A DNA stretch of 64,000 nt from a virus (taxonomy: Duplodnaviria; Caudoviricetes), in IMG/VR virus record IMGVR_UViG_3300023174_000047, positions 139,775 through 203,774 of that record; one strand, 5' to 3'. Positions 49,883-58,866 of the stretch are shown here, piece after piece; the stretch's first letter is position 1, and every line of letters starts with the position of its first letter. The notes below the pieces were generated by a model. It saw nothing but the letters and a program-made list of their open reading frames with translations, was not told the origin of the DNA and ran no database searches. Made by a program: the position numbers and the translations under genes.

Positions 49883-50866
49883 ATGAAATTAGCTTCTATT
49901 GAAATCATTACTGACATTCAGCCTCATTCAAATGCTGATAAGTTAGAGCTGGCAAAAGTACTAGGATACACTTGCATCGTTGAAAAAGGTAAATACAAAA
50001 TTAATGATGCTGTTGTGCTCATTCAGCCAGATACTGTTTTGCCTAATGAACCGTGGTCAGAAGTGTTTAGAAAACGCAGCAGTAGAGTACGCGCTTTGAA
50101 ATTGCGCGGCGTGTGGTCGTTGGGGATTGTAATGCCTCTGAGTATTTGGTTTAATGATAACATCCCTACAGTTGGAGATGAAGTGTCTGACTTGATTGGT
50201 ATTACCAAGTACGAAGCTCCTGCACCACAGCAGCTAGATGCCAAGGGAAACTTGCCTTATGGACTTGGTCGCACAGATGAGGAAAGATGGCAAAATATTG
50301 TTAACCTTCCCTTTGGTGAATCAATTGATGTAACACACAAGGTGGATGGAAGCTCAGTAACTTTTTACTGTCGCAAAGATCGAGAGACAGGTGAATGGAA
50401 CACTGGTATATGCTCTCGCTCTCTTGAACTCAAGCCAGAATGCAACAATAATTATACACGCATCAATGCTAAGTACGATGTTATCAACAAGCTAATGCAG
50501 TATTGCAAGGCTCATGATGATGTGAGTTTGGCTTTGCGTGGGGAGATTTTTGGGAACGGAATTCAAGGTCATGCTGCTAACCCTCATGCCAAAGTGTCTC
50601 TCAATTTTGCTGCCTTTAGTGTATACAACTTTGACACCCTGCAGTATGAGAACTTCGGTAGTAATCATTACGTGTATAAACTGTGTTCTAAAATTGAAAT
50701 TCCTACTGTAGACATCATTGAAACTACTATTCTAACTCCAGAGCTTATCAAGAGATATGCTGAAGAGATGACTGAGATCAACGGCAAGCCCTTTGAGGGG
50801 GTAGTAATTAAACACAGTCAGGGCTCATTTAAGATTATAAACTTGAGTTATGATGAACGCAAATGA
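49883..50866 (+). CDS. RNA ligase, DRB0094/Rnl5 family; start re-called at 49883
   Basis: KLASIE.I.DI.PH.NADKLELAKV.GY.CIV.KG.Y, KLRG.WS.G, TDEER.QN, HKVDGSS, GEIFG.GIQ, EGVV.K, SFKIIN. Confidence 0.9.
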   Translation: MKLASIEIITDIQPHSNADKLELAKVLGYTCIVEKGKYKINDAVVLIQPDTVLPNEPWSEVFRKRSSRVRALKLRGVWSLGIVMPLSIWFNDNIPTVGDEVSDLIGITKYEAPAPQQLDAKGNLPYGLGRTDEERWQNIVNLPFGESIDVTHKVDGSSVTFYCRKDRETGEWNTGICSRSLELKPECNNNYTRINAKYDVINKLMQYCKAHDDVSLALRGEIFGNGIQGHAANPHAKVSLNFAAFSVYNFDTLQYENFGSNHYVYKLCSKIEIPTVDIIETTILTPELIKRYAEEMTEINGKPFEGVVIKHSQGSFKIINLSYDERK

Positions 50867-51059
50867 AATGAAAAAACATCAGCAAAATATGGAAGAATTG
50901 AAAGAGCTTAAGGATGTTGATGCCTTGCGCCTCTTGATTGCAGGACTCATTACAGCAAACATGAATCAGTTTGATCCACTTACAGAAGCTAAAATTGCAT
51001 GGGATCGCACAGATGCTCTGTTCAGTGAATTTCAAAATCGAAAAACAAAAAAGAGTTGA
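50850..51059 (+). CDS. Hypothetical protein
   Basis: 69-aa ORF. Confidence 0.5.
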   Translation: MMNANEMKKHQQNMEELKELKDVDALRLLIAGLITANMNQFDPLTEAKIAWDRTDALFSEFQNRKTKKS

Positions 51060-51088
51060 TTATTCTCTATTGCAATATACAATGAGTT

Positions 51089-51319
51089 ATGTACAATCCA
51101 AGTTCAATTACACATAAAAACAAAACACAGTTCATTGCATTAATCCATGAATACATCGCTGAAGGTGAGCACATGGATGATGCACACTTTTGGGATAATT
51201 TTCACGACGGTCTGCAAGTTGCAGGCGACTTTAATCGATTCATTGCAGATAAAATTAAACCGCAGCTCACCGTACACGATATGAATGATTGTGTAGGCAA
51301 GCCAAGTGTTTATTGTTAA
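51089..51319 (+). CDS. Hypothetical protein
   Basis: TTGATT-16-TACAAT-5-ATG. Confidence 0.6.
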   Translation: MYNPSSITHKNKTQFIALIHEYIAEGEHMDDAHFWDNFHDGLQVAGDFNRFIADKIKPQLTVHDMNDCVGKPSVYC

Positions 51320-51361
51320 CGTCTGTGTTGCATAATTCGTAATTCATGTTACAATAAAACT

Positions 51362-51589
51362 ATGAATAAGCTTAGCTATGAAACAGAATCTGTCATTAGA
51401 CTCGCCCTTGAGAATCGAATACTCGAAACTTCAAAGCGAATGACAAGTTGTTACGAAGAACAACAAATGTATGGTGATGCTGATGGCTACTGGCAGACTA
51501 GTTTTGATTTTTGGAAAAACAAGCTTGAGAAGACTCTTAGCGCCAAAGAAGAATTTATCAAATTCTGTGCATGGAGTTCGCCTCAATGA
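51362..51589 (+). CDS. Hypothetical protein
   Basis: TTGCAT-16-TACAAT-6-ATG. Confidence 0.6.
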   Translation: MNKLSYETESVIRLALENRILETSKRMTSCYEEQQMYGDADGYWQTSFDFWKNKLEKTLSAKEEFIKFCAWSSPQ

Positions 51590-51613
51590 AGAAATTAAAT
51601 AGAATATTGAACC

Positions 51614-52147
51614 ATGAGTGATGAAGTAATTGAACAGGATAGCCCCACGAGGTCGGCTGCATCTGATTGGTATGCGCTTGTGCGTCGATGTAATGTATGC
51701 GGCAAGGTAAATGCTGTCGACCTTAACGCATCACCGGAAGCTGAGCGAGACATGCACGAGCTAGACCATAGTGTGGAGAGATTAACACGAGAAGAAGCTA
51801 TTGAGGCATGGAAGGGTGCCGGTCGCTGCGACCACAAGGCACTGATCGAATCTCTTCGTGCTCAACTTGCTGCGCATAACACCACGATGAGCTGCACAGC
51901 CCCGAAAGAAAAACTAAGAAAAACTATGAAAACCACTCAAGACTCCAACGGGGCTGTGTTAGCTCCATCGACTGTTCGGCTTTCGTGCGACGGGCGATGC
52001 GGACAATACGGAACATGCAAAGGCGAGATAAGACCCGTCGCTGTGAAAAGCGCCAACGGTCGTAGAACGTGGGGGAAATACAACTATTGCGATGCGGCCA
52101 AAGCCGAGGACGAGAAAAGCGGATATATTGTTTTGCCGGACAAGTAA
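51614..52147 (+). CDS. Cys-rich hypothetical ORF; probably two cassette-type genes (51614 and 51926) joined in frame through an attC-like site
   Basis: GC-rich; second ATG (MKTTQDS) lies in the loop of the attC-like hairpin. Confidence 0.55.
   Translation: MSDEVIEQDSPTRSAASDWYALVRRCNVCGKVNAVDLNASPEAERDMHELDHSVERLTREEAIEAWKGAGRCDHKALIESLRAQLAAHNTTMSCTAPKEKLRKTMKTTQDSNGAVLAPSTVRLSCDGRCGQYGTCKGEIRPVAVKSANGRRTWGKYNYCDAAKAEDEKSGYIVLPDK
51874..51980 (+). mobile_element. Integron attC-like recombination site (107 bp)
   Basis: GCATAAC ... CGATG AGCT G CACAGCCCCG (loop) CGGGGCTGTG TT AGCT C CATCG ... GTTCGGC: AAC/GTT ends, 10-bp perfect inner stem, unpaired bases. Confidence 0.65.
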
Positions 52148-52162
52148 ATTACTCAATTTTAC

Positions 52163-52238
52163 GGCTGGGTAGCCCAACGGCAGAGGCATGAGACTTAAAA
52201 TCTCATAAGTGTGGGTTCGAGTCCCATCCCAGCTACCA
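52163..52238 (+). tRNA. tRNA-Leu(UAA), 76 nt, encoded CCA, short variable loop
   Basis: Acceptor GGCTGGG/CCCAGCT, anticodon arm TGAGA-CTTAAAA-TCTCA, T arm GTGGG-TTCGAGT-CCCAT, discriminator A, CCA. Confidence 0.93.
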
Positions 52239-52253
52239 TTTATACATCACATT

Positions 52254-52637
52254 ATGCAAAAACTCATTGATTCAATCATCAGCAACAAACAAGCAATAAT
52301 ATGCGAACATCATACCTTTACCCGTAGTGCTGTATTATATACAGGAATAATTGCAAATGGATTATCTTTCATTGCGTGTTTGCACAACAACCTTTACACT
52401 GGCGCAGTTTTAACCATTACCATGTTGATTGTATGTAGCATTGAATTTTATTTTGGTAAAAGTTACTATATCTTAAAATTTCCAAAAACTTCATCAGCAA
52501 ATGCTTTATATAAAGTTAAAGATGTATATTTCATTGGTAGTAGCATAGAAGAAGCACATTTATTTGCCAATCTACATGGCGCAGGTGCATTAGAGGTAGA
52601 ACAAGTGCCAGAAGCACAAGCATACAAGTTTGATTAA
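52254..52637 (+). CDS. Hypothetical membrane protein; start re-called at 52254
   Basis: Two hydrophobic segments; the longer ORF call overlaps the tRNA. Confidence 0.55.
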   Translation: MQKLIDSIISNKQAIICEHHTFTRSAVLYTGIIANGLSFIACLHNNLYTGAVLTITMLIVCSIEFYFGKSYYILKFPKTSSANALYKVKDVYFIGSSIEEAHLFANLHGAGALEVEQVPEAQAYKFD

Positions 52638-52677
52638 AAATAAGTTGATAGTAGGTTAAAATATATTAATATAAAAT

Positions 52678-53055
52678 ATGGAACAAACACAACGTCTCGC
52701 AAGTGAATTGGCTGCAGCTCAACGCTACATTTTTCGTGATGTACTGCCTGTATTAGGCAACTCTCCACATCTCACCGTTGTCATTAATAAGCTGAACATG
52801 CCTGCTCTCCCTCGTCTCATGAGCAACATTGAGGAACGAAAAAAACTCATCAAAAATGGTATTTTTCGCACCTTTATACAAGGAGCTAACGGTCGCATTC
52901 AAATTATTAAGAAGGTCATTGGCGAAGCAATTGAACAGGAGAGACATAAGTCTTTCTATGTTCCTCTGTATTCTCTCGAAGAAGCATTGCCACACGAGCA
53001 GGTACATCAAGAGCCCATGACCTATGAAGAGTTTCAAAAAATGTGTACATATTAA
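52678..53055 (+). CDS. Hypothetical protein
   Basis: 125-aa ORF with TTGATA-16-TAATAT upstream. Confidence 0.6.
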   Translation: MEQTQRLASELAAAQRYIFRDVLPVLGNSPHLTVVINKLNMPALPRLMSNIEERKKLIKNGIFRTFIQGANGRIQIIKKVIGEAIEQERHKSFYVPLYSLEEALPHEQVHQEPMTYEEFQKMCTY

Positions 53056-53149
53056 TTAGTGATATACTAATGCATATTGTAGATTGCTGATTAAAATATC
53101 AATCAGCAATCTACTTTTATTTAATATTCCATATAAATATGCATATACT

Positions 53150-54364
53150 ATGCATAAAATTTTATTAACAGAAATGAACAGGAAAAGTCGAATCATCGAA
53201 ATGTGGAAAGGTACAGGTCTGTGGGAAAAATGTTCAGAAGCAAGACGCAATAAGCTTTTAGCTACAATACAAAAAATGATTGAAGCGACTGGCGGTGGTA
53301 CAGAAGAATATGCAGAGTATGTTATGTGGCTTGCACGCATCATTAAACGTGGATTGTTATCCGTTGCCGGTAAACAAGGGCTAAAAAGAATTCAAGCAGA
53401 TGTATATGAAGGTAGACACACCACTGGTCAGGCGATAATGCGTGCACAAAACGATTATTACGCTTTTGTGGGGGATAGAACAATTGCTTTCTTTCAGATG
53501 CTTAAAACTATTAAAGAGGCTGCTGAAGAATGTAAAATCGATCCGAAATTCATTGAAGTTATGGACATTCGCAAAGGAAAGCAGCAATTCAATGCAGACG
53601 GTACACCAAAGGTTAAGCGCATAGAATTCAAACCTATGGAAGAACTCCTAAAAGTTAAAGTCACCAGAACGTCAGCGGCAGGCCGTCAAATTGATCGCCC
53701 TGTAGTACTAGATAGAGCGGAACCAGCAGCAGGTTCAGTTTATGATGACATTAATAAAGTATTGGCACCCCTGGGTGATGCAAGCCGTTTGCCTAAAGGT
53801 GAAAAATTAATGACGTTTGAAGATGGTACATACTGGACATTTGTTGATCAAATAACTTGTAAAGTTGAAGGCCGACTAGGGGGTCACTGCGGCAATGCTG
53901 ATCCTGATGCAGGTGATTCTATTATTTCCTTACGCAAGCCTAATGGAGTAGGGATGGGTGTACCTGCAGCCACCTTCATTTATAATAAAAACCGAAATGA
54001 TCTTTCAGAGATGAAAGCCAACCACAACCTGAAGCCTAATGATGCTGAACATAAATATATAGTTGAGTTATTATCAAAATCCAAATTTACAGTAAGCGAT
54101 ATAAATATAAATATAAAATATTTGAAAGGTGCCAGAGCCCTACCGCACATGGATTTTTCGCTCAATGATTTGTCAGAGCAAATGTTTAAGCAATTATGCC
54201 AAGAAAATCCCACATTGATAAAAACTCAAATTCAAAACGCAGAAAAAGTAAATATTCAACAAAAGCTTGATAAAGAGCATATAAAATGGTTTAACGAAAC
54301 TAATAACCCAAATACAAACAATCAAAATGAAACTAATTCTACTATAAAATATATGCAGGATTAG
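53150..54364 (+). CDS. PcfJ-like-domain late protein, possibly an internal head protein; start near 53150
   Basis: EGRLGGHCGN...IISLR...EMKANHNLKP resembles the PcfJ-like EG..MGHCVG pattern; TATAAATA 53132-53139; N-terminal ILLTE. Confidence 0.55.
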   Translation: MHKILLTEMNRKSRIIEMWKGTGLWEKCSEARRNKLLATIQKMIEATGGGTEEYAEYVMWLARIIKRGLLSVAGKQGLKRIQADVYEGRHTTGQAIMRAQNDYYAFVGDRTIAFFQMLKTIKEAAEECKIDPKFIEVMDIRKGKQQFNADGTPKVKRIEFKPMEELLKVKVTRTSAAGRQIDRPVVLDRAEPAAGSVYDDINKVLAPLGDASRLPKGEKLMTFEDGTYWTFVDQITCKVEGRLGGHCGNADPDAGDSIISLRKPNGVGMGVPAATFIYNKNRNDLSEMKANHNLKPNDAEHKYIVELLSKSKFTVSDININIKYLKGARALPHMDFSLNDLSEQMFKQLCQENPTLIKTQIQNAEKVNIQQKLDKEHIKWFNETNNPNTNNQNETNSTIKYMQD

Positions 54365-54426
54365 CGGGAATAATATCTAATGATTTGTTGTGCATTTGCA
54401 TAAAGCGCATATTATTAAATACAAGC

Positions 54427-54861
54427 ATGAACATGGACTGCAAAAATATTACAAAGCTATATGAGAATGCAAAACAGCAGCCAATTTTAGATATCCTACC
54501 CAATGGAACTAAAATGTGGTGGTTGCACGGTGTGTGGCATAATGAAAATGAACCAGCCGTTGTTTATCCTAACGGAACTGAAGAATGGTATCTGCATGGT
54601 AAGTTGCACAATGCAAATGGACCAGCCGTTAAAAGTCTTCTCGGTTCCTCGTGGTACTTGCACGGCAAAGTTCACAGAGAAGATGGACCTGCTGTTGAAC
54701 GTGCAGACGGATATAATTCTTGGTGGTTGAATAATAAAAAATATAAAGATGTATTTGAATGGGCTAGAGCTCTACTTAAAATGAAAGGCATCAATGATCC
54801 TTCTGAAGATCAAATTAATGATAAAGTGCAGCAAGTGACTTCTGCAAGTATATTGGATTAA
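54427..54861 (+). CDS. Array gene 1, class A, 3 repeats (most divergent copy)
   Basis: MNMDCKNITKLYENA; HNENEPA/HNANGPA/HREDGPA; TAAATA 54416-54421. Confidence 0.88.
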   Translation: MNMDCKNITKLYENAKQQPILDILPNGTKMWWLHGVWHNENEPAVVYPNGTEEWYLHGKLHNANGPAVKSLLGSSWYLHGKVHREDGPAVERADGYNSWWLNNKKYKDVFEWARALLKMKGINDPSEDQINDKVQQVTSASILD

Positions 54862-54869
54862 ATATATCC

Positions 54870-55445
54870 ATGAACAAAGACAACAAAAACATCATGATGC
54901 TGTATGAAAATGCAATGCAGCAGCCAACTATAACTGTTGATACAGGTGGTAATAAAAGGTGGATGCTCAATGGCAAGATGCATAGAGAAGATGGTCCTGC
55001 TTTTGAAAATGCACATGGATATAAATCATGGTATTTGCATGGCGAGATGCATAGAGAAGATGGACCTGCTGTTGAACGTGCAGATGGAGGTAAAGCATGG
55101 TACTTGCATGGCATGCGGCATAGAGAAGATGGCCCTGCCATTGAACGTGCAAATGGAGATAAAGAATGGTATTTGCATGGTAGGTTGAATAGAGAAGATG
55201 GACCTGCTGTTGAACGTGCAGATGGAGGTAAAGCATGGTACTTGCATGGCATGCGGCATAGAGAAGATGGGCCTGCCGTTGAATGGGCTGATGGACGCAA
55301 AGGTTGGTATTTGCATGGCAAATGGTATGAAGATGTATTTGCATGGGCTAAAGCACTTTTTAAATTAAAAGGCATCAATAATCCATCTGAAGATGAGATC
55401 AATGATAAAGTGCAGCAAGTGACTTCATCAAGTATATTGGATTAA
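54870..55445 (+). CDS. Array gene 2, class A, 5 repeats
   Basis: TAAATA-tatcc-ATG; 191 aa. Confidence 0.92.
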   Translation: MNKDNKNIMMLYENAMQQPTITVDTGGNKRWMLNGKMHREDGPAFENAHGYKSWYLHGEMHREDGPAVERADGGKAWYLHGMRHREDGPAIERANGDKEWYLHGRLNREDGPAVERADGGKAWYLHGMRHREDGPAVEWADGRKGWYLHGKWYEDVFAWAKALFKLKGINNPSEDEINDKVQQVTSSSILD

Positions 55446-55455
55446 ATATACGCAT

Positions 55456-56100
55456 ATGAACAAAGACTGTAAAAACATTGCGATGTTATATGAAAATACA
55501 ATGCAGCAGCCAACTATGACTGTTGATAGATATGGCAATAAAACATGGATGCTCAATGGCAAATTGCACAGAGAAGATGGTCCTGCTGTTGAGCGTGCAA
55601 ATGGAGATAAATTTTGGTATTTGAATGGCAAGATACATAGAGAAGATGGACCCGCTGTTGAGTATGCTGATGGATATAAAGCATGGTATTTGCATGACAA
55701 GTTGCATAGAGAAGATGGCCCTGCTGTTGAACGTGAAAATGGAGATAAAGAATGGTATTTGCATGGTAGGTTGAATAGAGAAGATGGTCCTGCCTATGAA
55801 GGTGCAGATGGAGATAAATCATGGTATTTGAATGACAAGTTGCATAGAGAAGATGGGCCTGCCATTGAACGCGTAGACGGATATAAAGCATGGTATTTGC
55901 ATGGCGAGTTGCATAGAGAAGATGGGCCTGCCGTTGAATATCCTAATGGATATAAAGCATGGTGTTTGAACAACAGCCGATATGAAGATGTAGTTGCATG
56001 GGCTAAAGCACTTTTAAAATTAAAAGGCATCAAAAAACCTTCTGAAGATGAGATCAATGATAAAGTGCAGCAAGTGACTTCTGCAAGTATATTGGATTAA
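55456..56100 (+). CDS. Array gene 3, class A, 6 repeats
   Basis: TAAATA-tacgcat-ATG; 214 aa. Confidence 0.92.
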   Translation: MNKDCKNIAMLYENTMQQPTMTVDRYGNKTWMLNGKLHREDGPAVERANGDKFWYLNGKIHREDGPAVEYADGYKAWYLHDKLHREDGPAVERENGDKEWYLHGRLNREDGPAYEGADGDKSWYLNDKLHREDGPAIERVDGYKAWYLHGELHREDGPAVEYPNGYKAWCLNNSRYEDVVAWAKALLKLKGIKKPSEDEINDKVQQVTSASILD

Positions 56101-56110
56101 ATATACGCAT

Positions 56111-56479
56111 ATGAACAGAGACAACAAAAACATTGTGATGCTGTATGAAAATGCAATGCAGCAGCCAACTATGACTGCTGATGAAGGTGGTACTAAATGG
56201 TGGAGGCTCAATGGCAAATTGCATAGAGAAGATGGTCCTGCTGTTGAATATGAAAATGGATATAAAGCATGGTTTTTAAATGACGTGCGGCATAGAGAAG
56301 ATGGACCTGCTGTTGAATGGGCAGATGGAAGTAAATCATGGTATTTGCGTGGCAGCCGGTATGAAGATGTATTTGCATGGGCTCGAGCACTACTTAAAAT
56401 GAAAGGCATCAAAAAACCTTCTGAAGATCAAATCACTGATAAAGTGCAGCAAATAACATCTTCAAGTATATTAGATTAA
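56111..56479 (+). CDS. Array gene 4, class A, 2 repeats
   Basis: TAAATA-tacgcat-ATG; 122 aa. Confidence 0.92.
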   Translation: MNRDNKNIVMLYENAMQQPTMTADEGGTKWWRLNGKLHREDGPAVEYENGYKAWFLNDVRHREDGPAVEWADGSKSWYLRGSRYEDVFAWARALLKMKGIKKPSEDQITDKVQQITSSSILD

Positions 56480-56487
56480 ATATACAC

Positions 56488-56994
56488 ATGAGCAAAGATA
56501 ACAAAAACATCATAATGCTATATGAAAATGCAATGCAGCAGCCAACTATGACTGTTGATAAGAGCGGCAATAAAATATGGAGACTTAATGACAAATTGCA
56601 TAGAGAAGATGGCCCTGCCTATGAAGGTGCAAGTGGATATAAAGCATGGTTTTTAAATGACATGCGGCATAGAGAAGATGGCCCTGCCATTGAACGTGCA
56701 AATGGAGATAAAGAATGGTATTTGCATGGCAAGTTGTATAGAGAAGATGGCCCTGCCGTTGAGTATGCAAATGGAAATAAAGCATGGTATTTAAATGGCA
56801 GGTTGCATAGAGAGGATGGCCCTGCCGTTGAGTATGCAGATGGATATAAAAGGTGGTATTTGTATGGCAGAAAGTATGAAGATATATTTGAATGGGCCAG
56901 AGTATTACTTAAATTAAAAGGCATCAATGATCCTTCTGAAGATGAAATCAATGATGTAGTTCAGCAAGTAACTTCATCAAGTATACTGGATTAA
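56488..56994 (+). CDS. Array gene 5, class A, 4 repeats
   Basis: TAAATA-tacac-ATG; 168 aa. Confidence 0.92.
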   Translation: MSKDNKNIIMLYENAMQQPTMTVDKSGNKIWRLNDKLHREDGPAYEGASGYKAWFLNDMRHREDGPAIERANGDKEWYLHGKLYREDGPAVEYANGNKAWYLNGRLHREDGPAVEYADGYKRWYLYGRKYEDIFEWARVLLKLKGINDPSEDEINDVVQQVTSSSILD

Positions 56995-57035
56995 AATACT
57001 TGAACATCTGCAACATATACTTTATATTGAAGGCA

Positions 57036-57443
57036 ATGAATGAAAATGCAATGTACCAGCCAACTATGATTGTTGATAAGAACGGCAATAAAAGATGGAG
57101 GCTCAATGGCAAATATCATAGAGAAGATGGACCTGCCGTTGAAAATGCAAATGGATGTAAATTGTGGTTTCTGCATGGCAAATTGCATAGAGAAGATGGA
57201 TCTGCCTATGAAGGTGTAGATGGAACTAAAGCATGGTTTTTAAATGACATGCGGCATAAAGAAGATGGCCCTGCCGTTGAGTATGCAGATGGAGATAAAG
57301 AATGGTGGTTGCATGGCAGAATTTATGAAGATGCAATTACATGGGCTGAAGCACTTCTCATATCAAAAGGCATTAATGATCCTTCTGAAGATGAGATCAA
57401 TGATAAAGTGCAACAAGTAACATCTTCAAGTATATTGGATTAA
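57036..57443 (+). CDS. Array gene 6, class B, 3 repeats
   Basis: TTGAAC(57000)-17-TATATT(57023)-7-ATG. Confidence 0.9.
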   Translation: MNENAMYQPTMIVDKNGNKRWRLNGKYHREDGPAVENANGCKLWFLHGKLHREDGSAYEGVDGTKAWFLNDMRHKEDGPAVEYADGDKEWWLHGRIYEDAITWAEALLISKGINDPSEDEINDKVQQVTSSSILD

Positions 57444-57451
57444 ATATATCC

Positions 57452-58030
57452 ATGAGCAAAGACAACAAAAACATCATGATGCTGTATGAAAATGCAATGC
57501 AGCAGCCAACTATGAAGTTTGATGATAATAGTGGCAATAAAATATGGAGGCTCGATGGCAAATGGCACAGGGAAGATGGCCCTGCCGTTAAATATGCAGA
57601 TGGAAGTAAAGCATGGTATTTGCATGGCAAGCAGCATAGAGAAGATGGACCTGCCTATGAAGGTGCAGATGGATATAAATCATGGTTTTTACATGGCAGG
57701 CGGCATAGAGAAGATGGACCTGCCATTGAACATGCAAATGGAGATAAAGAATGGTTTTTACATGGCAAGTTGCATAGAAAAGATGGCCCTGCCTATGAAG
57801 ATGCAAATGGAACTAAAGCATGGTATTTGCATGGCGAGTTGCATAGAGAAGATGGTCCTGCTTTTGAATATGCAGATGGACGCGAAGAATGGTATTTAAT
57901 TGGCAGCCCATATGAAGATGTATTTGAATGGGCTGAAGCATTACTTAAAATGAAAGGTATCAATGATCCTTCTGAAGATCAAATCAATGATGTAGTGCAG
58001 CAAGTAACTTCATCAAGTATATTGGATTAA
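57452..58030 (+). CDS. Array gene 7, class A, 5 repeats
   Basis: TAAATA-tatcc-ATG; 192 aa. Confidence 0.92.
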   Translation: MSKDNKNIMMLYENAMQQPTMKFDDNSGNKIWRLDGKWHREDGPAVKYADGSKAWYLHGKQHREDGPAYEGADGYKSWFLHGRRHREDGPAIEHANGDKEWFLHGKLHRKDGPAYEDANGTKAWYLHGELHREDGPAFEYADGREEWYLIGSPYEDVFEWAEALLKMKGINDPSEDQINDVVQQVTSSSILD

Positions 58031-58071
58031 AATGCTTGAACATCTACAGTAAAGACATTATATTGAAAGCA

Positions 58072-58479
58072 ATGAATAATAATACAATGCAGCAACCAAC
58101 CATGACTGTTGATACAGGTGGTAATAAATGGTGGAGGCTCAATGGCGAGTTGCATAGAGAAGATGGACCCGCCATTGAACATGCAGATGGAGATAAAGCA
58201 TGGTATCTGCATGGTGAGTTGCATAGAGAAGATGGCCCAGCCTTTGAATATGCAAATGGATTTAAATTATGGTATTTGCATGGCAAGTGTCATAGAGAAG
58301 ATGGGCCCGCCGTTGAACATGCAAATAGATATAAAGAATGGTGGTTACATGGCAACTGGTATGAAGATGTATTTGAATGGGTCAGAGCATTACTTAAAAT
58401 GAAAGGCATCAATGATCCTTCTGAAGATCAAATCAATGATAAAGTGCAGCAAATAACATCTGCAAGTATATTGGATTAA
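58072..58479 (+). CDS. Array gene 8, class B, 3 repeats
   Basis: TTGAAC(58036)-17-TATATT-7-ATG. Confidence 0.9.
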   Translation: MNNNTMQQPTMTVDTGGNKWWRLNGELHREDGPAIEHADGDKAWYLHGELHREDGPAFEYANGFKLWYLHGKCHREDGPAVEHANRYKEWWLHGNWYEDVFEWVRALLKMKGINDPSEDQINDKVQQITSASILD

Positions 58480-58519
58480 AATGCTTGAACATCTGCAATA
58501 GAGACATTACATTAAAGCA

Positions 58520-58858
58520 ATGAATGAAAATGCAATGCAGCAGCCAACTATGACCGTTGATGAGTCTGGCGTTAAAAAATGGAGGCTCAATGGCAAATTG
58601 CATAGAGAAGATGGTCCTGCTGTTGAATATGCAAATGGAAATAAAGCATGGTATTTGAATGGTAGATATCATAGAGAAGATGGCCCTGCTTTTGAAAATG
58701 CAAGTGGACACAAAGGTTGGTATTTGAATAATAGACTATATGAAGATATACTTGAATGGGCTAGAGCATTACTCACATCAAAAGGCATCAATGATCCTTC
58801 TGAAGATCAAATTAATGATAAAGTGCAGCAAGTGACTTCATCAAGTATATTGGATTAA
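58520..58858 (+). CDS. Array gene 9, class B, 2 repeats
   Basis: TTGAAC(58485)-17-TACATT-6-ATG; 112 aa. Confidence 0.9.
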   Translation: MNENAMQQPTMTVDESGVKKWRLNGKLHREDGPAVEYANGNKAWYLNGRYHREDGPAFENASGHKGWYLNNRLYEDILEWARALLTSKGINDPSEDQINDKVQQVTSSSILD

Positions 58859-58866
58859 ATATACAC

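Noticed and set aside
14586-50866. Introns or inteins in the clamp loader, RadA-like ATPase or ligases
   Set aside because: Lengths and motif spacing are normal; no intein C-terminal HN-C/S/T pattern or split ORFs seen.
52209-52253. ORF start inside the tRNA
   Set aside because: It overlaps the T-arm and acceptor stem; ATG 52254 is the plausible start.
57000-57035. TTG-initiated 12-aa extensions (MNICN.../MNIYS...) on class B genes
   Set aside because: The TTG is the -35 hexamer. The extension is out of frame in copies with a 6-nt discriminator (58520, 59932, 61484), so it is not conserved as coding.
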